Positions 9,301-16,735 are shown, counted from the stretch's first letter. The stretch: 23,093 nt of DNA from Planctomycetota bacterium (GCA_026692735.1 JAPLOD010000620.1:1-23093), one strand, 5' to 3'. Translations and numbers: made by a program. Notes: generated from the sequence alone by a model not told the origin.

Positions 9301-9788
9301 AGGATGTTCAGCTTGGCCGCGGCCTCATCGTACTTGCCTTTCAGGGCGTAGTAGCCGCTGCACAGACTCTGTACCTCGTCCTCATACAGGCCCGCGCCGT
9401 CGGCGAGCATCTTCTCGAAGGTGGCGATGGCCTCGTCATACTTCTTGACGGACGCGTACAGCTTCCCCAGCATGAAGAACGCATCCTGGCGGTTCCTGAA
9501 CTGCTTCTTCTCGCTCTGCGTCGCCACCTGCAGATGCTTGATGCAGTCGTCAAGTGCTCCGAGGCTCTCCAGGGCCTTGGCCAGGCGGTAGTGGACATCA
9601 ACGACCTGCGTGTGATCGGGGTACTTCCGCAGGAACTCGTCAAAGACGCCGGCCGCCTTGGCCGTGTCGCCGCTCTTCTCAAGCTGGTACGCCTGCTTCA
9701 GCAGTTCCTCCGGCGTCTCGGCGGCCTGGCAGACGCCGGCGGCGAGGACCAAAGCTGCGATGAACGCCGACGTTCTCACGCGCGTCAC
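6330..9788 (-). CDS. Large secreted tetratricopeptide-repeat (TPR) protein
   Basis: 1152 aa. GTG start at 9786-9788 overlaps the TGA of the upstream gene (GTGA). Signal peptide MTRVRTSAFIAALVLAAGVCQAAE. Dozens of 34-aa TPR-like units with A/Y/L heptad pattern (e.g. ...AFFMLGKLYASVKKYDEAIATFEKML...). Confidence 0.75.
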   Translation of the reverse strand: MTRVRTSAFIAALVLAAGVCQAAETPEELLKQAYQLEKSGDTAKAAGVFDEFLRKYPDHTQVVDVHYRLAKALESLGALDDCIKHLQVATQSEKKQFRNRQDAFFMLGKLYASVKKYDEAIATFEKMLADGAGLYEDEVQSLCSGYYALKGKYDEAAAKLNILKRKKDSPLAEQAAYKLALLWLKAEKVDLAIAAIEDLAAQYPNNKSVPELLLQLADLFRKQQKFDKAISVSEQLKARYPKTVEAMAGSYILGMCARDRKDFTKAIEVFDRIGKTPEFQKRGLAAEAVLQSADIYFSELGDMPKAVERYEEAAKLARECDSERKSEILEQCYFRIGEYYFRQKKWGPALESYMQLRQLGTRLNITGRILTCQAALDEAGTSREATYTEEDLEQVRKKVAANAGTVIAAEGEVFLADRKLSEAIRTRKGFATVVSDYEGILKKYPRDILAQGSLESYIHLQIGMCHGNGVTRDDCAEAVKAFEQALAIDANTPYKLTALENIAIFAERAGDKKKSYDTYEQLWKLAAAQEPPDRKPGKSDLKSLDYLKAMITRADSGDLTERSIAILQKLIAEKGQLSDEAREARFYIAELSFVKKDYSAAAKAYREYIQIYGPKLDANGDVAGGPWKPQNVDAKVLQVYEAAVRVAHCWYVQGHEQNMVKAYEWLVKNMSHQDKYVAEAQYWLAMEAVKGEKGQSKDAKRAAAEALWRNVVSPSLGLTDRKHNRQFHAWVSREPQYADVQHYVKTAMLKAGQFFSEGGDHQSAAGCFAAYIDRYPIDLNKHNKPQKKGKSDDSEPPDEMYQVARYALGREYIALGDTQKMIELYKPCISGLRDDKFRPSALKLLGYHAGKAECYDEAIEAYATLLDEYGPPAVDGNNSPAPLPKSERLRQSSHNWDGLRMDPPKDLDLGEIRYALSFLYWKQEQWEKVVRTLSPFLDDPALRENKSREKALFMAGQSAYNRDDHAGGVKLIHALIREHPKFEAIEEAYVYAATGYCETKNWPELELIYRNFVAEWPNSERRPRMDLYAAMAQVGQGKTDAGVSRLKSLAASDTYEDVRADALYQLAQYELSRKPPATQEAFNCLEKSVQLHARESSCLALAKCCVTLQKWAQANGNLERVTREFRKGRAAVVAEAERLLQEVRKELAKAKQ

Positions 9789-12700
9789 TCCGTCGTGTTG
9801 GGCCGCGCCTGCGGCTTCACGTCTCCGCCGGCCGGCTTCTCCGGCAGCGCCGGCTGTGTTTCCTGGTAGAGCGGGTTCTTCCTGATCAACTCCACGTATG
9901 GAGACAGCGGATATCGCTCCACAATCTGCTTGAAGCGTTCGCGCGCCTTGTCGCGGAGGTCCAGGGCCTGGAAGGTAAGGCCGAGCGCATAGGTGGCCTT
10001 CACGGATGCTTCGGTCGAGCGCGTGGTGAAGAGCACGTACTCGAACGCCTCCTTGGCCTTGTCAAAGCTTCGCGCGGCGAGATGCGTCGCGCCGACCAGG
10101 TAGCTGGCCTCGCCGGCCAGCGCTTCGTCGGGCGAATTCGACGCGGCAGCCAGCTTCTGGATCGCCTCGGCCGTGCGGCCCTTCTTGAGGTCCACGAGCG
10201 CCATCACGTAGTAGATCCACGTGGCTCTTGCCAGAGCCGCGCCCGGCAGTTTCTGCCGCTCGCCGTCCGAGAGCTTCTCATACTCCAGTATGAAACGCTG
10301 CGCGTCCTCCGGGAACTCGCGCTCGGCGGCCTTGTCCAGGGCGAAGTTCAGGCAAAACACCATGAGCCGGTCAGTGAACTGCCCGATGTCGGTGGTATCC
10401 TCCTTGACCAGCACGGAGTACTGCGCCAGCGCCCCTTGCAGGTCGCCGTCTCTGAACAGCGAGCGGGCATAGGCTTCCTGGACGCCGGCCCGTTCGCCGA
10501 GGTCCTTCACGGACGCCAGCGCGGACCTGTACAGTTCGGCGGCCTTCTTGTAGTTGCACAGATCGAAATGGATGCTCGCCATTTCCAGGTCGAACTTGTA
10601 CTGCTCAAGGTCCGAGCCGCTCAGCGCCTTCAGTTCGTCCAGGGCGGCCAGTACGTTGCGGTAGTCTTTCAGTCCCTTGTAGATGTCCAGCTTCAGAGCG
10701 TAGATGTCCTTTTTGCGCGGCGTGTTGGGGAAGCGCGTCAGCAGCGCATTGCAGTTCTCGAGCGCCTGTTCCATCAGGTTGTCCTTGGCATAGACCGTGG
10801 CCAGGCGGAAGTACGCCTTCTCCGCAATCTCCTTCTGGACGTTCTCGCCGCGCACGCTCAGCCCGAGGTTCTGCAGGACCTCGCACAACACGTCGAAGCC
10901 GGCCACGTTCTTGAAGGCATCACGGTTGACGGGCGCATCAACCGCCTGAGCGGACGGATCGAGACGCACGGCCACATGCGAGTTCAGGTGCACGAAATCG
11001 GCGAAGTCGGCGAGCTTCATGTCCTTGAACTGCCCGCTGAGCTGCTCGCTGAGCGCGAACAGCAGGTCGTACGAGAACCGCTTCTTCAACTCCTCCTTTG
11101 GCGGCAGCGCCTCGCCGGCGGCCGGTTTGTAGAGCACCAGCGACTCCTCAGCGGCGCGGGCATAATACGCGCAGGCGTCGTGGAACTTGCGTTCGTACTC
11201 GAAGACCCAGCCCAGCCAGAAGCAGGCGTGGTAGTAGTACTCGTTGCCGGGGCTGTCGAAGACCTTCAGGTACTCCCGCAGGACGGCCTTCATCTTGGCG
11301 TAGTCGTTCTGGTTGTAGAAGTTCAGCGCCAGCGCGAAGAGCGACTTCTCGCCGTATTTGCTCTTGGGGTCAACTCTCCTGATCTTGTTGAAGGCGTCCT
11401 TGGCCCTTTCGTAGAGTTCCGTTGATACGTCGCGCGGCACGATCCGGTAGCGCAGTCCCTTTTCGGCGAGGGCGGCGGCCAGGACCTTCGCGCAGCTCAC
11501 GTTGTTGTTCCCGAGCGCGGCGGGCGCCTGCTTGAACTCGGCGGCGAGCTTGGCGTCCTTCTCGATCCCCTCGGCCCACAGGATCCTCGTCTGGCCCAGT
11601 TCCTCCACGCGCGCCAGGACCGTGTGCAGCATCACTCCCTGGCGTTCGCGGGCCCGATGGACCTTGTCCCACGCGCCGTAACTGCATGTCAGGGGAGCGA
11701 AGCGTTTGTCCGCAGACTTCTCATCGTAAATCTCGATGGGCTTGCTGGCCTCTTCCTGGGAAATCGGGGGACACGATTCCCAATTCAGTCCGCCTGGACG
11801 ACCACGAATGACTGAATTGGGATCGTGTCCCCCGATTTCCCTCAGCGTCGGCTGGCCATCGGTCAGGCCGATGTCGAGCGCCAGGCGGTGGCGGCTCAGG
11901 TCCAGGATCTGCGAGAGGAACTGCGCCACGGTGGCCTTCCCATCGCGCAGAGTGACGCGTCTTGTCTCGACGTATTCGGCGACCGAGTCCTTGCCTTTTT
12001 GCGGCGACCACACGAACGGCACGCCGCTGAGCTTGGACAGGTACACCAGGGCGTCGCGCGCGGTCATGTTGGCCCTGGGCCATTTGGCAGTGACCTCTTT
12101 CTGCAGCGGCCTATATGTCTTGAGCAGGTCGTCGCCGATAGCCAGCGTTTCGGCTGGGTACACGTAAATGCCGTAACTGGTCTCGCCCTTCTTCTGTTGC
12201 GCCTCATACGCCGCCTTGCTGTAGAGGCTGCCGGCCATGTACAGGGCCTTCAGCAGGTCCTCGTCGCCCAGCTCGCGGCCGCGGTCGGCCACGCCCTCAT
12301 ACGCCTTGGCAGCTTCGGCGTAGCGCCCCTGCTGCCGATACCACTCAGCCAGTTCCACGGCCAGTCTCTGGAAGCGTGGGTCGGCGCCGAAATCGTTCTC
12401 AAGTTCGCCGAAGCGCTTTTCCGCCGCGGCTTTGTCCTCTTTCCTCTCGGACTTGAACATGGCTTCGAGCAGGCCGATCTCGATCTGCTTGACCATGTCC
12501 AGCCTCTTTGGGTCAACCAGGCGCTTGGCCGCCTCAAAGCAGCGGAGCGCCTTTTCCGCATCGGCCTTCTCGAGGTATGTTGGCGCATTCCTGCCGCCCG
12601 CGGTTGCATGCGTGCCCACGCTGGCCAGCTCACAGACGCCGCGCTGATAGAGGATCTCCGTCCTCAACGCCTTCCAGGCGTCATCGGAAAGCCCTTTCCC

Positions 12701-14221
12701 CGTGTAGACCGACTCGTCCAGCAGCCTGTCGCAGGCGCCGGCGCAGGCGGCATTGTTGGGCGCCTGCACGACCTTCTTCGTCTTCTCGTCAACGATCTGT
12801 CTGGCGTAGTAGCGCATCAGGCTCATCAGGGCCTGAGCGCCCTCCGCGGAACCTTTCTTCTGCTCGGCCGTCTTCTGCCACGCGTTCGCGCCGTCGTCGC
12901 CGCTGGCCGCCGTGCCGACATCCACTCCCTTGGTGAGGAGGACCTGCACCTTCTCGCGCGCCTGCCTGGCTTCCGCGGAGAGAGGATACTTTGCGATCAA
13001 CTGGCCGAAGTGCGCCGCGGCGTTCTGGTGCGCTTTCGCCGCCGCCGCCTGGTCCTGGGTCTTGCTGGCTTCGTCCATGGCGATGCAGCCGAGGTTGAAC
13101 AACGCCGTGGCGGCATGCTCCGGGTTGCCGAGCGCATTGGTGTAGGCTTTGACGGCCTCGGGAATCACGCCGTGCTCGCGGTAGATTTCGCCCAGAGCGC
13201 ACTGTGCCTGAGCGTAGCCGCGGCTCTCGGCGCCGACCTTCTTCAGATATTCCTCGACCTTGGCGGCATTCGAGTCCTTTCTGCTCTTCTCGCACATGCC
13301 GAGGACCAGGTATATGTCGTGCTTCAGGGGGCCGTCGGGAACCGTGTCGAGGAACGCCTTGTCGTTCAGGTATCCCATGGCTTTACCGTAGTCCTGCTGC
13401 TCATAGGCAGCCTTGGCGAGCAGCAGCCGCGCCTTCATCTTCAGTTCCGGGTCATAGCGGACATTCTCGAGCCACTTGGCGGCGTCGGCGTACCGTTTCT
13501 TCTCGATACAGAGAACGCCGAGCTGAATGGCCGCGTTGTCGTGGTACTTCTCCAGACCCGCGGGGATCGGCAGCTTGTCCTGCTGGTATTCCGCGATGAC
13601 GTGGCGGAAATTGAGGACGACGCGCGTGAGGATCTCCTCGGCCTTTTCGGGCTGGCCCGTTTTGCGGTAGAACTCCGTGAGGATGGCGTCGGCTTCCATG
13701 CCCGTCGCGTAGCCGTTCTTCTTCAGGTCTGCCTGGACGCGTTGGTGCAGGCTCTCCAGTTCGCCTTGAGCGTCCTTGCCCCGGTTCGCAAGGATGGCCA
13801 TCTTGAACACCAGCAGCTTTGCGGCACGCTGGTCGTTGGGGAAGCGTTTGCAGAACGCGTCAATGCGTTCAGCCGCATTCGTGTAGTCGTTCATCCGGTA
13901 CGCGGTGCACGCCAGGCGGAAGGCTGCGGCGGCCTTGTCGTTCTCGTCGGTGAGGTTCTCCGCCGCCTTGATGAGGCACGTCTTCGCCTGGTCGAATTGC
14001 TTGGTCAGGTAGTAGCATTCGCCAAGCATCAGATACTGCGTGGCGGCCCCGGCCTCCGCTTTCCCACGAACGTCTTCCAGCAGAACCTTGATGGCGTCGT
14101 TGTACTGGCGGCTCTTCATGAGCCCCGACGCGCGCGAGACGGCTTCGCTGCCGGATGAGCCGGTACTGAGAACACAGAGAACCACGGGGAGCAGGCCAGG
14201 CCACAAGGAGCGTAAGCGCAT
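9785..14221 (-). CDS. Very large secreted TPR-repeat protein
   Basis: Start chosen at the ATG at 14219-14221 (MRLRSLWPGLLPVVLCVLSTGSSGSEA signal peptide); the ORF-track start at 14329 adds 36 aa without a signal. About 1478 aa of TPR-like repeats. Stop overlaps the start of the downstream TPR gene, which implies translational coupling. Confidence 0.7.
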   Translation of the reverse strand: MRLRSLWPGLLPVVLCVLSTGSSGSEAVSRASGLMKSRQYNDAIKVLLEDVRGKAEAGAATQYLMLGECYYLTKQFDQAKTCLIKAAENLTDENDKAAAAFRLACTAYRMNDYTNAAERIDAFCKRFPNDQRAAKLLVFKMAILANRGKDAQGELESLHQRVQADLKKNGYATGMEADAILTEFYRKTGQPEKAEEILTRVVLNFRHVIAEYQQDKLPIPAGLEKYHDNAAIQLGVLCIEKKRYADAAKWLENVRYDPELKMKARLLLAKAAYEQQDYGKAMGYLNDKAFLDTVPDGPLKHDIYLVLGMCEKSRKDSNAAKVEEYLKKVGAESRGYAQAQCALGEIYREHGVIPEAVKAYTNALGNPEHAATALFNLGCIAMDEASKTQDQAAAAKAHQNAAAHFGQLIAKYPLSAEARQAREKVQVLLTKGVDVGTAASGDDGANAWQKTAEQKKGSAEGAQALMSLMRYYARQIVDEKTKKVVQAPNNAACAGACDRLLDESVYTGKGLSDDAWKALRTEILYQRGVCELASVGTHATAGGRNAPTYLEKADAEKALRCFEAAKRLVDPKRLDMVKQIEIGLLEAMFKSERKEDKAAAEKRFGELENDFGADPRFQRLAVELAEWYRQQGRYAEAAKAYEGVADRGRELGDEDLLKALYMAGSLYSKAAYEAQQKKGETSYGIYVYPAETLAIGDDLLKTYRPLQKEVTAKWPRANMTARDALVYLSKLSGVPFVWSPQKGKDSVAEYVETRRVTLRDGKATVAQFLSQILDLSRHRLALDIGLTDGQPTLREIGGHDPNSVIRGRPGGLNWESCPPISQEEASKPIEIYDEKSADKRFAPLTCSYGAWDKVHRARERQGVMLHTVLARVEELGQTRILWAEGIEKDAKLAAEFKQAPAALGNNNVSCAKVLAAALAEKGLRYRIVPRDVSTELYERAKDAFNKIRRVDPKSKYGEKSLFALALNFYNQNDYAKMKAVLREYLKVFDSPGNEYYYHACFWLGWVFEYERKFHDACAYYARAAEESLVLYKPAAGEALPPKEELKKRFSYDLLFALSEQLSGQFKDMKLADFADFVHLNSHVAVRLDPSAQAVDAPVNRDAFKNVAGFDVLCEVLQNLGLSVRGENVQKEIAEKAYFRLATVYAKDNLMEQALENCNALLTRFPNTPRKKDIYALKLDIYKGLKDYRNVLAALDELKALSGSDLEQYKFDLEMASIHFDLCNYKKAAELYRSALASVKDLGERAGVQEAYARSLFRDGDLQGALAQYSVLVKEDTTDIGQFTDRLMVFCLNFALDKAAEREFPEDAQRFILEYEKLSDGERQKLPGAALARATWIYYVMALVDLKKGRTAEAIQKLAAASNSPDEALAGEASYLVGATHLAARSFDKAKEAFEYVLFTTRSTEASVKATYALGLTFQALDLRDKARERFKQIVERYPLSPYVELIRKNPLYQETQPALPEKPAGGDVKPQARPNTTE

Positions 14222-14726
14222 CGTGAAGGTTCCCGCCCGCGTGGCCGGCACCGCCGCTCCCAGACCGCGGCGGGCGGCGTTTTGCAGATGCGGCCCCCAG
14301 CTCATGTTTAGTGTACCCCGTGGCTGCACGCAAGTCCCCGGTTCTTTACGGCAATCCCTCGATGCCGGCGCCGGCGTAAGTCGTGGCCGCGCAACGGCAA
14401 AGCGGTCTGCCGGGGTTGCGCAAAGGGGTTGCGCGTCCGCGGGCCTTTCAGCGCGCGAAAAAAAATTCCGTCAGAGGCCTTGATTTTGTGCAAGTCATGG
14501 GGTTTGCTGTACGTTTAGTTGATGGGAGGCGTGTGCTTTCAAATGGTTTGTTGGCGGTTGTGCATACGAGCAAGATCACGGTCCTTGTCGCGGAAGCAGA
14601 CAGGACAAGGCGCCGTGCTGCCCTTCATTGGGCATCGCCTCGTCATGCGCCCGTATAAAAACAGTGAAACGGATCGCGTGGGAGGCGCCGCACCCTAGGA
14701 AGCAAGGGACAAGTCAGAGAGTCCTC

Positions 14727-14763
14727 AGCCTTCCGGGGTGCGAACCTCGGAAGGCTTTTTGTT
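14727..14763 (+). terminator. Rho-independent terminator (stem CCTTCCG/CGGAAGG followed by CTTTTTGTT)
   Basis: AGCCTTCCG-GGGTGCGAACCT-CGGAAGGCT followed by TTTTTGTT on the + strand. In the minus orientation there is no T-tract after the stem. Confidence 0.5.
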
Positions 14764-14956
14764 GCGTCGCGGAAGGAGGCACAGGCAATCGGCAGGAACA
14801 GGCGCTGTGAGAAAGGCCCCAGGCGCGGCAACGCCTGAGGCCTGAAGAGAGCCCGAGCGTCTCCGGTGAAGAGATGAACACAGTGACAGCGTCACTGTGC
14901 GCGGGGCCTCTTTGTCTTCAGAACGTAGCGCGAAAGGAGGGACAGTCAACACGGAC

Positions 14957-15030
14957 GCGGATGTAGCTCAATGGCAGAGTGCGAGCGTGCCAGGCTCGAG
15001 ACGCGGGTCCAACTCCCGCCTTCCGCTCCA
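14957..15030 (+). tRNA. tRNA-Gly (anticodon GCC), CCA encoded
   Basis: Manual fold. Acceptor GCGGATG/CTTCCGC (1 mismatch). D-arm TAGCTCAATGGCAGAG. Anticodon stem CGAGC/GCTCG with loop GTGCCAG. T-arm GCGGGTCCAACTCCCGC. 74 nt. Confidence 0.6.
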
Positions 15031-15041
15031 AAGTTGCACGC

Positions 15042-15112
15042 GCCGCGGTGTCACGGCGGCCTGCCTCTCTTGTAAGGAGGCGGCGCGGGTTCGACTCCCG
15101 CCTGCGGCTCCA
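15042..15112 (+). tRNA. tRNA-Thr-like (anticodon TGT), 71 nt with reduced D-arm
   Basis: Acceptor GCCGCGG/CTGCGGC. Anticodon stem CCTCT/GGAGG with loop CTTGTAA. T-arm GCGGGTTCGACTCCCGC. Discriminator T plus CCA. D region only 15 nt and does not fold canonically. Confidence 0.4.
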
Positions 15113-15142
15113 ACGAACGAAGGAGGTGCTTTCGCAAGCGGC

Positions 15143-15214
15143 GCCGCAGTGTGATGGGTCACAAGCCTCTTTCGTAAAGAGGCGGCGCGGGTCCGATTCC
15201 TGCCTGCGGCCCCA
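15143..15214 (+). tRNA. tRNA-Thr-like (anticodon CGT), 72 nt with mini D-arm
   Basis: Acceptor GCCGCAG/CTGCGGC. D region TGTGATGGGTCACAAG (stem GTGA/TCAC, 4-nt loop). Anticodon stem CCTCT/AGAGG with loop TTCGTAA. T-loop TCCGATT. CCA encoded. Confidence 0.4.
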
Positions 15215-15233
15215 GAACGGAAGGCACTTCAGA

Positions 15234-15307
15234 TGCGGTGTGGCGAAACGGTATCGTGCCTGCCTGTTACGCAGGAGTTGGAGGTCCGAGTCCTCCCGCC
15301 GCAGCCA
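15234..15307 (+). tRNA. tRNA-Asn (anticodon GTT)
   Basis: Acceptor TGCGGTG/CGCCGCA. D-stem GCGA/TCGT. Anticodon stem CCTGC/GCAGG with loop CTGTTAC. T-arm GGAGGTCCGAGTCCTCC. Discriminator G plus CCA. Confidence 0.6.
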
Positions 15308-15319
15308 GATAACAGGAGT

Positions 15320-15395
15320 GGCCCTGTCGTCTAGCGGTTGAGGACGCCGGCCTTTCAAGCCGGAAACCGGGGTTCGAGTCCCCGTGGGGCTGCCA
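15320..15395 (+). tRNA. tRNA-Glu (anticodon TTC)
   Basis: Glu-type body (TCGTCTAGCGGTTGAGGAC, 3-bp D-stem). Anticodon stem CCGGC/GCCGG with loop CTTTCAA. T-arm CGGGGTTCGAGTCCCCG. Acceptor pairs with 3 G-U. CCA encoded. Confidence 0.55.
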
Positions 15396-15490
15396 ACGAT
15401 TGCGGATTGAGGATTGACGATTGCGGATTGGCGTGGGTGTGATTGGGGACGTGTGTGGGACAATCCGCGATCCGCAATCTGACATCCGAA
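15396..15490. repeat. tRNA-3'-flanking palindromic heptad-repeat element, copy 1
   Basis: 5' arm ACGATTGCGGATTGAGGATTGACGATTGCGGATTGG (tandem GATTGNG heptads). 3' arm CAATCCGCGATCCGCAATCTGACATCCGAA is the imperfect reverse complement. Begins 1 nt after the CCA of tRNA-Glu. Confidence 0.7.
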
Positions 15491-15506
15491 GTGGGCAAAG
15501 CGGAGC

Positions 15507-15581
15507 GTCTCTGTCGGCTAATCAGCAGGCCGCCAGATCCTCGATCTGGAAACGCGGGTGCGAACCCCGCCGGAGACGCCA
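15507..15581 (+). tRNA. Noncanonical tRNA (possible Glu, anticodon CTC); C33, no G18G19, T-loop TGCGAAC
   Basis: Acceptor GTCTCTG/CGGAGAC. D-loop AATCAGCA lacks GG. Anticodon stem CCAGA/TCTGG with loop TCCTCGA (C at position 33). T-arm GCGGGTGCGAACCCCGC (G55). CCA encoded. Confidence 0.4.
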
Positions 15582-15658
15582 ACGATTGCGGATTGCGGAT
15601 TGACGATTGCGGATTGGTTTGCCGGGCAATCCAAAATCGCAAATCCAAAATCCAAAAT
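15582..15658. repeat. Palindromic heptad-repeat element, copy 2 (divergent 3' arm with CCAAAAT repeats)
   Basis: ACGATTGCGGATTGCGGATTGACGATTGCGGATTGG ... CAATCCAAAATCGCAAATCCAAAATCCAAAAT. Starts 1 nt after the CCA of the preceding tRNA. Confidence 0.65.
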
Positions 15659-15663
15659 GGGAA

Positions 15664-15737
15664 GGGGCGATGGTGAAACAGGATCACACGACCTCCGCAC
15701 GGTCGCGTTTCGGGTGCAAGTCCCGATCGCTCCACCA
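15664..15737 (+). tRNA. tRNA-Ala (anticodon CGC) with G3-U70; C33 and G55 variants
   Basis: Acceptor GGGGCGA/TCGCTCC gives G3-T70, the Ala identity pair. D-stem GTGA/TCAC with loop AACAGGA. Anticodon stem CGACC/GGTCG with loop TCCGCAC. T-arm TCGGGTGCAAGTCCCGA. Discriminator A plus CCA. Confidence 0.5.
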
Positions 15738-15740
15738 CAC

Positions 15741-15829
15741 GGATAGCGAACCGGCCAAGTGGCCGGCACCGTCTCGAAAACGGTTGGTCGCTTAACCGCG
15801 ATGAGGACCAGGACCTCCGCTATCCGCCA
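15741..15829 (+). tRNA. Class II tRNA-Ser (anticodon CGA) with aberrant T-loop (ACCAGGA); possibly nonfunctional
   Basis: Perfect 7-bp acceptor GGATAGC/GCTATCC, discriminator G, CCA. Anticodon arm ACCGTCTCGAAAACGGT matches the bacterial Ser(CGA) arm. Long variable arm. The T-arm lacks TTCRA. 89 nt. Confidence 0.45.
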
Positions 15830-15871
15830 GATTCGAGGAGCAGAGGGCCGGCAAGACGCCGGCGGCACAAC

Positions 15872-15962
15872 GGAAGCGCGCCAGAGCCAGGAGAGCTGGG
15901 CCGGTTTGCTACACCGGGGTCTGAAAGATGATCAGCGGGTTCGAATCCCGCCGCTTCCGCCA
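15872..15962 (+). tRNA. Class II tRNA-Ser (anticodon GCT)
   Basis: Acceptor GGAAGCG/CGCTTCC perfect. D-stem CCAG/CTGG. Anticodon stem CCGGT/ACCGG with loop TTGCTAC. 17-nt variable arm. T-arm GCGGGTTCGAATCCCGC. Discriminator G plus CCA. 91 nt. Confidence 0.6.
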
Positions 15963-15979
15963 GAAAGGAGAACGCGAGT

Positions 15980-16055
15980 GCGTCCGTAGCTCGAGCGGCA
16001 GAGCAACCGGCTCTTAACCGGTTGGGTGTGGGTTCAAGCCCCACCGGGCGCACCA
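15980..16055 (+). tRNA. tRNA-Lys (anticodon CTT)
   Basis: Acceptor GCGTCCG/CGGGCGC. TAGCTCGAGCGGCAGAGC D-arm. Anticodon stem ACCGG/CCGGT with loop CTCTTAA. T-arm GTGGGTTCAAGCCCCAC. Discriminator A plus CCA. Confidence 0.65.
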
Positions 16056-16057
16056 GA

Positions 16058-16128
16058 TAATTGCGGGTTGAGGATCTCGGATTGTGGATTGGGCTGACGC
16101 GAACACGAATGCGGAATCCGCAATCCGA
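16058..16128. repeat. Palindromic heptad-repeat element, copy 3 (degenerate)
   Basis: TAATTGCGGGTTGAGGATCTCGGATTGTGGATTGGG ... GAATGCGGAATCCGCAATCCGAGG. Arms recognisable but more diverged than the other copies. Confidence 0.5.
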
Positions 16129-16137
16129 GGTTGGAGC

Positions 16138-16214
16138 GCCGCAGTAGCCGAACAGGCACAGGCGCCTGCCTTAGAAGCAGGAGAGTGTGGGTTCAAATCA
16201 CACCTGCGGCACCA
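16138..16214 (+). tRNA. tRNA of uncertain identity: class-I structure with anticodon TAG (a Leu anticodon on a short-variable-arm body)
   Basis: Acceptor GCCGCAG/CTGCGGC, discriminator A, CCA. Anticodon stem CCTGC/GCAGG with loop CTTAGAA. 5-nt variable loop. T-arm GTGGGTTCAAATCACAC with one G-A mismatch. Confidence 0.4.
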
Positions 16215-16300
16215 AACGCACGCGGACTGAGCGCGCGAGGCTTGGCGGTTTCCTCCCGATGGCGGGAGGTGGTAGCGGGGGCGATGCGAAACAGAAAGGA

Positions 16301-16376
16301 GCGTTCGTAGCTCGAGTGGCAGAGCAGCCGGCTTTTAACCGGCAGGGTGTGGGTTCGAGCCCCACCGAGCGCACCA
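16301..16376 (+). tRNA. tRNA-Lys (anticodon TTT)
   Basis: Near-duplicate of the Lys(CTT) gene. Anticodon stem GCCGG/CCGGC with loop CTTTTAA. T-arm GTGGGTTCGAGCCCCAC. CCA encoded. Confidence 0.65.
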
Positions 16377-16378
16377 AG

Positions 16379-16474
16379 TGATTGCGGATTGGGGATTGAC
16401 GATTGCGGATTGGCTCGTGATGGCACGAGCGGCGTGCTGTTCCAATCCACAATCCGAAATCCGCAATCCGCAAT
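16379..16474. repeat. Palindromic heptad-repeat element, copy 4 (different central segment)
   Basis: GTGATTGCGGATTGGGGATTGACGATTGCGGATTGG-CTCGTGATGGCACGAGCGGCGTGCTG-TTCCAATCCACAATCCGAAATCCGCAATCCGCAAT. Confidence 0.65.
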
Positions 16475-16480
16475 GGAAGT

Positions 16481-16554
16481 TGCCGGGTCGGCCAGCGGTA
16501 GGCCGCCTGACTCTGACTCAGGAAAGCGGGGTTCGAATCCCTGCCCGGCAACCA
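16481..16554 (+). tRNA. tRNA-Gln (anticodon CTG)
   Basis: U1-A72 acceptor TGCCGGG/CCCGGCA. D-stem GGCC/GGCC. Anticodon stem CCTGA/TCAGG with loop CTCTGAC. T-arm CGGGGTTCGAATCCCTG. CCA encoded. Confidence 0.6.
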
Positions 16555-16577
16555 GAACCAGGAGGAGAGTGCTTCGC

Positions 16578-16649
16578 GCGGTCGGAGTGTTCACGGCGGC
16601 ACGCAACCCTTCCAAGGTTGAGGAGCGGGTTCGACTCCTGCCGGCCGCA
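16578..16649 (+). tRNA. tRNA-Gly (anticodon TCC), CCA not encoded
   Basis: Acceptor GCGGTCG/CGGCCGC. Anticodon stem CAACC/GGTTG with loop CTTCCAA. T-arm GCGGGTTCGACTCCTGC. 3' end ...CGGCCGC-A followed by CTT. Confidence 0.55.
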
Positions 16650-16661
16650 CTTAAGACCCAC

Positions 16662-16735
16662 TGGCCTGTCGTCCAGCGGGAGGACACTGGGCTTTGAACC
16701 CGGGGACCGAGGTTCGAATCCTCGCGGGCCAACCA
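16662..16735 (+). tRNA. tRNA-Gln (anticodon TTG)
   Basis: U1-A72 acceptor TGGCCTG/CGGGCCA. Glu/Gln-type D-arm TCGTCCAGCGGGAGGAC. Anticodon loop CTTTGAA. T-arm CGAGGTTCGAATCCTCG. CCA encoded. Confidence 0.6.

Noticed and set aside
14383-14810. Small ORFs in the 735-bp intergenic island (14383..14658, 14628..14810)
   Set aside because: Basic low-complexity translations with no RBS. One reads straight through a strong intrinsic terminator, so the region is more plausibly regulatory or non-coding.
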